The translations under genes and the position numbers were made by a program. From Candidatus Latescibacterota bacterium (lineage in GTDB: Bacteria > Latescibacterota > UBA2968), in NCBI GenBank assembly GCA_965198115.1, contig OZ240241.1, positions 1,056,001 through 1,120,000 of the forward strand: DNA of 64,000 nt. The letters run 5' to 3'. Every line of letters begins with the position of its first letter. The first letter of the stretch is position 1. This document shows positions 62,542-64,000 of this stretch, piece by piece. The notes below the pieces were generated by a model that was given only the letters and a program-made list of their open reading frames with translations, was not told the origin of the DNA and did no database searches.

Positions 62542-64000
62542 CGATTCCTGCTTTTCTGTCTGTTTCGGTTTATCTCCGTTTATCGTTGTCTGTCAACCAC
62601 TTATGACAGAAAACCTTTCGGTCTGTTGGTCCTCATTTCTGCCTGATTGACTCCTGTCCATTAGACATTCATTAGACAAAATTGAAAAGCAACCGTTTAT
62701 GTGCCGATGGCCTTAGTCTCTTGGTCAACTCCAAATAACGCCTTGCCAAAACGTGTTGCAGCCTCGCGATTCGAGTCGGGGAATAAGTGCCCATAAGTAT
62801 TAAAGGTCATTTCGATCGAGGCGTGTCGCATTTGCTTCTGGATGTACTTCGGGCTTTCCCTGGCATCAATCAGGATTGACGCGCACGTATGCCGCAGATC
62901 GTGGAATCGAACCCGGCGCAACCCAGCGGCCTCCAAAGACGGGAAGAACACTCGCTGCTTCACGTGAGAATCGTTGAGGGGTCCTCCTGTAGCCGTGGCA
63001 AAGATAAGATCCTGGTTTTGGTAGCCCGGCCCTGCCTCCAACATCTGAGCCTTCTGGCGTTTTCTGTGGGCCCTGAGGTCGTCGATGGCCTCAGGCATCA
63101 GATCAATGGGAGACGCAGATGCTTCAGACTTTGGGGGCCCGAACGAAGGGGGCTCACCCCCACGTGAACGTAACCAAGTCTCCTTGACGTGGCACTGACC
63201 GCTACGCCAGTCCAGGTTCGTCCAACGCATTGCGAGTGTCTCGCCGATCCGAAGCCCGCCCGCAACGGTCACGAGAAAGAAGGGCTGCCACTCTTCTGGT
63301 AGCTTTTCGTAGAGTGAACGAAACTCGGCGGGTGACAGCGCGTCCATCTCGTGTTTGGGGATCTTCGGGTTCTTCACCTTGTCAGCCGGATTTACCCGAA
63401 GGTATCCCCAGTCGATCGCGTGCCTGAACATCTGTCGAATCAATCGGAGGTGGTGCTTCACTGATTGCGGGGAGTTCCGTGGCACAAGCGCTGTCTCTCC
63501 GTTCTCCTTCTTCCTTTCCTTAAGCGCTTTGAGCTTCTGCGCCTTGTAATCCTGGATGTCCTTCACTGTGATGGCTGTCAACTGCTTCGGGCCAAAGGCC
63601 GGGACCAGATGATTCTTGAAGAAGCCTCGGTATTGTATGAGGGTTGACGGCCGAATCTCGCCCTCGCCTTCCGCGTAAGTCTCCATCCAAACGTCCTTGA
63701 ACTCGTCGAATGTGATCTGGCGTGGTTCGACGAATTCCCCGCCCGCAAGCTCCGTGATCCGCTTCGCCAAGAGATTCTGGGCATCAGTCAGCTTTGCGAA
63801 GCGTTCCCCTGGTGCAGGTGGAACTTTCTCCCACTTCTGTTTGCCGCCCACTTGATAGACAGCGTAGTAGCGCGACCTGAGTTTGCCGTGGTCGTCTCGC
63901 TTCGTGCTCTGTCGCTTCACTATTGATCCACGCATTTTCTGTTCCCCCTCAGCAAACGCCTACTGTAACCCCTGCCCGCCCTTCCGTTTGTAATCACTTC
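62542..64000. mobile_element. End of an integrated element (prophage/IME) continuing beyond the window
   Basis: att fragment adjacent to an integrase; lower GC. Confidence 0.75.
62697..63935 (-). CDS. Tyrosine recombinase/integrase
   Basis: GLRIGE, RFHDLRHT, MRHAS, TYGH. Confidence 0.95.
   Translation of the reverse strand: MRGSIVKRQSTKRDDHGKLRSRYYAVYQVGGKQKWEKVPPAPGERFAKLTDAQNLLAKRITELAGGEFVEPRQITFDEFKDVWMETYAEGEGEIRPSTLIQYRGFFKNHLVPAFGPKQLTAITVKDIQDYKAQKLKALKERKKENGETALVPRNSPQSVKHHLRLIRQMFRHAIDWGYLRVNPADKVKNPKIPKHEMDALSPAEFRSLYEKLPEEWQPFFLVTVAGGLRIGETLAMRWTNLDWRSGQCHVKETWLRSRGGEPPSFGPPKSEASASPIDLMPEAIDDLRAHRKRQKAQMLEAGPGYQNQDLIFATATGGPLNDSHVKQRVFFPSLEAAGLRRVRFHDLRHTCASILIDARESPKYIQKQMRHASIEMTFNTYGHLFPDSNREAATRFGKALFGVDQETKAIGT

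Noticed and set aside
62495-62570. Complete tRNA-Gly gene
   Set aside because: The 5' acceptor strand and D-arm are missing

Overview
GC-rich bacterial chromosome segment. LptC/LptA, FlgD/T9SS-like C-terminal domains and cohesin/dockerin modules suggest an FCB-group lineage such as Latescibacterota; this is an inference. Left part: end of a UvrD/PcrA helicase, gatC, pyrG, lptC-lptA-lptB and rpoN. Then an accessory region (9-24 kb) with two sigma54-type promoters, two membrane-anchored receiver proteins and two large secreted lamin-tail-domain proteins, one carrying a dockerin and one carrying cohesin-like domains. This region has taken four IS insertions (2x ISL3, IS256, IS1380). Middle part: HDOD, HU/IHF, phosphodiesterase-HAD-acyl-CoA ligase-STAS genes, a selenocysteine NAD-linked formate dehydrogenase (NuoEF fusion, UGA+SECIS alpha subunit, fdhD), aminopeptidase P, and two flagellins with sigma28 promoters flanking amrS. 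Right part: gcvT, the long minus-strand DUF512-der-merR-rimP-nusA-infB-rbfA-truB-ribF-rpsO-pnp-M16-ald-asnS-leuS block, and the edge of a tyrosine-integrase element at a tRNA-Gly(CCC) 3' att fragment. The best novel candidate is a ~70-nt sigma28-promoted, terminator-bounded small RNA (37066-37135, minus strand) that is complementary to the 5' UTR of the neighbouring flagellin mRNA. Several isolated frameshifts look like sequencing errors.
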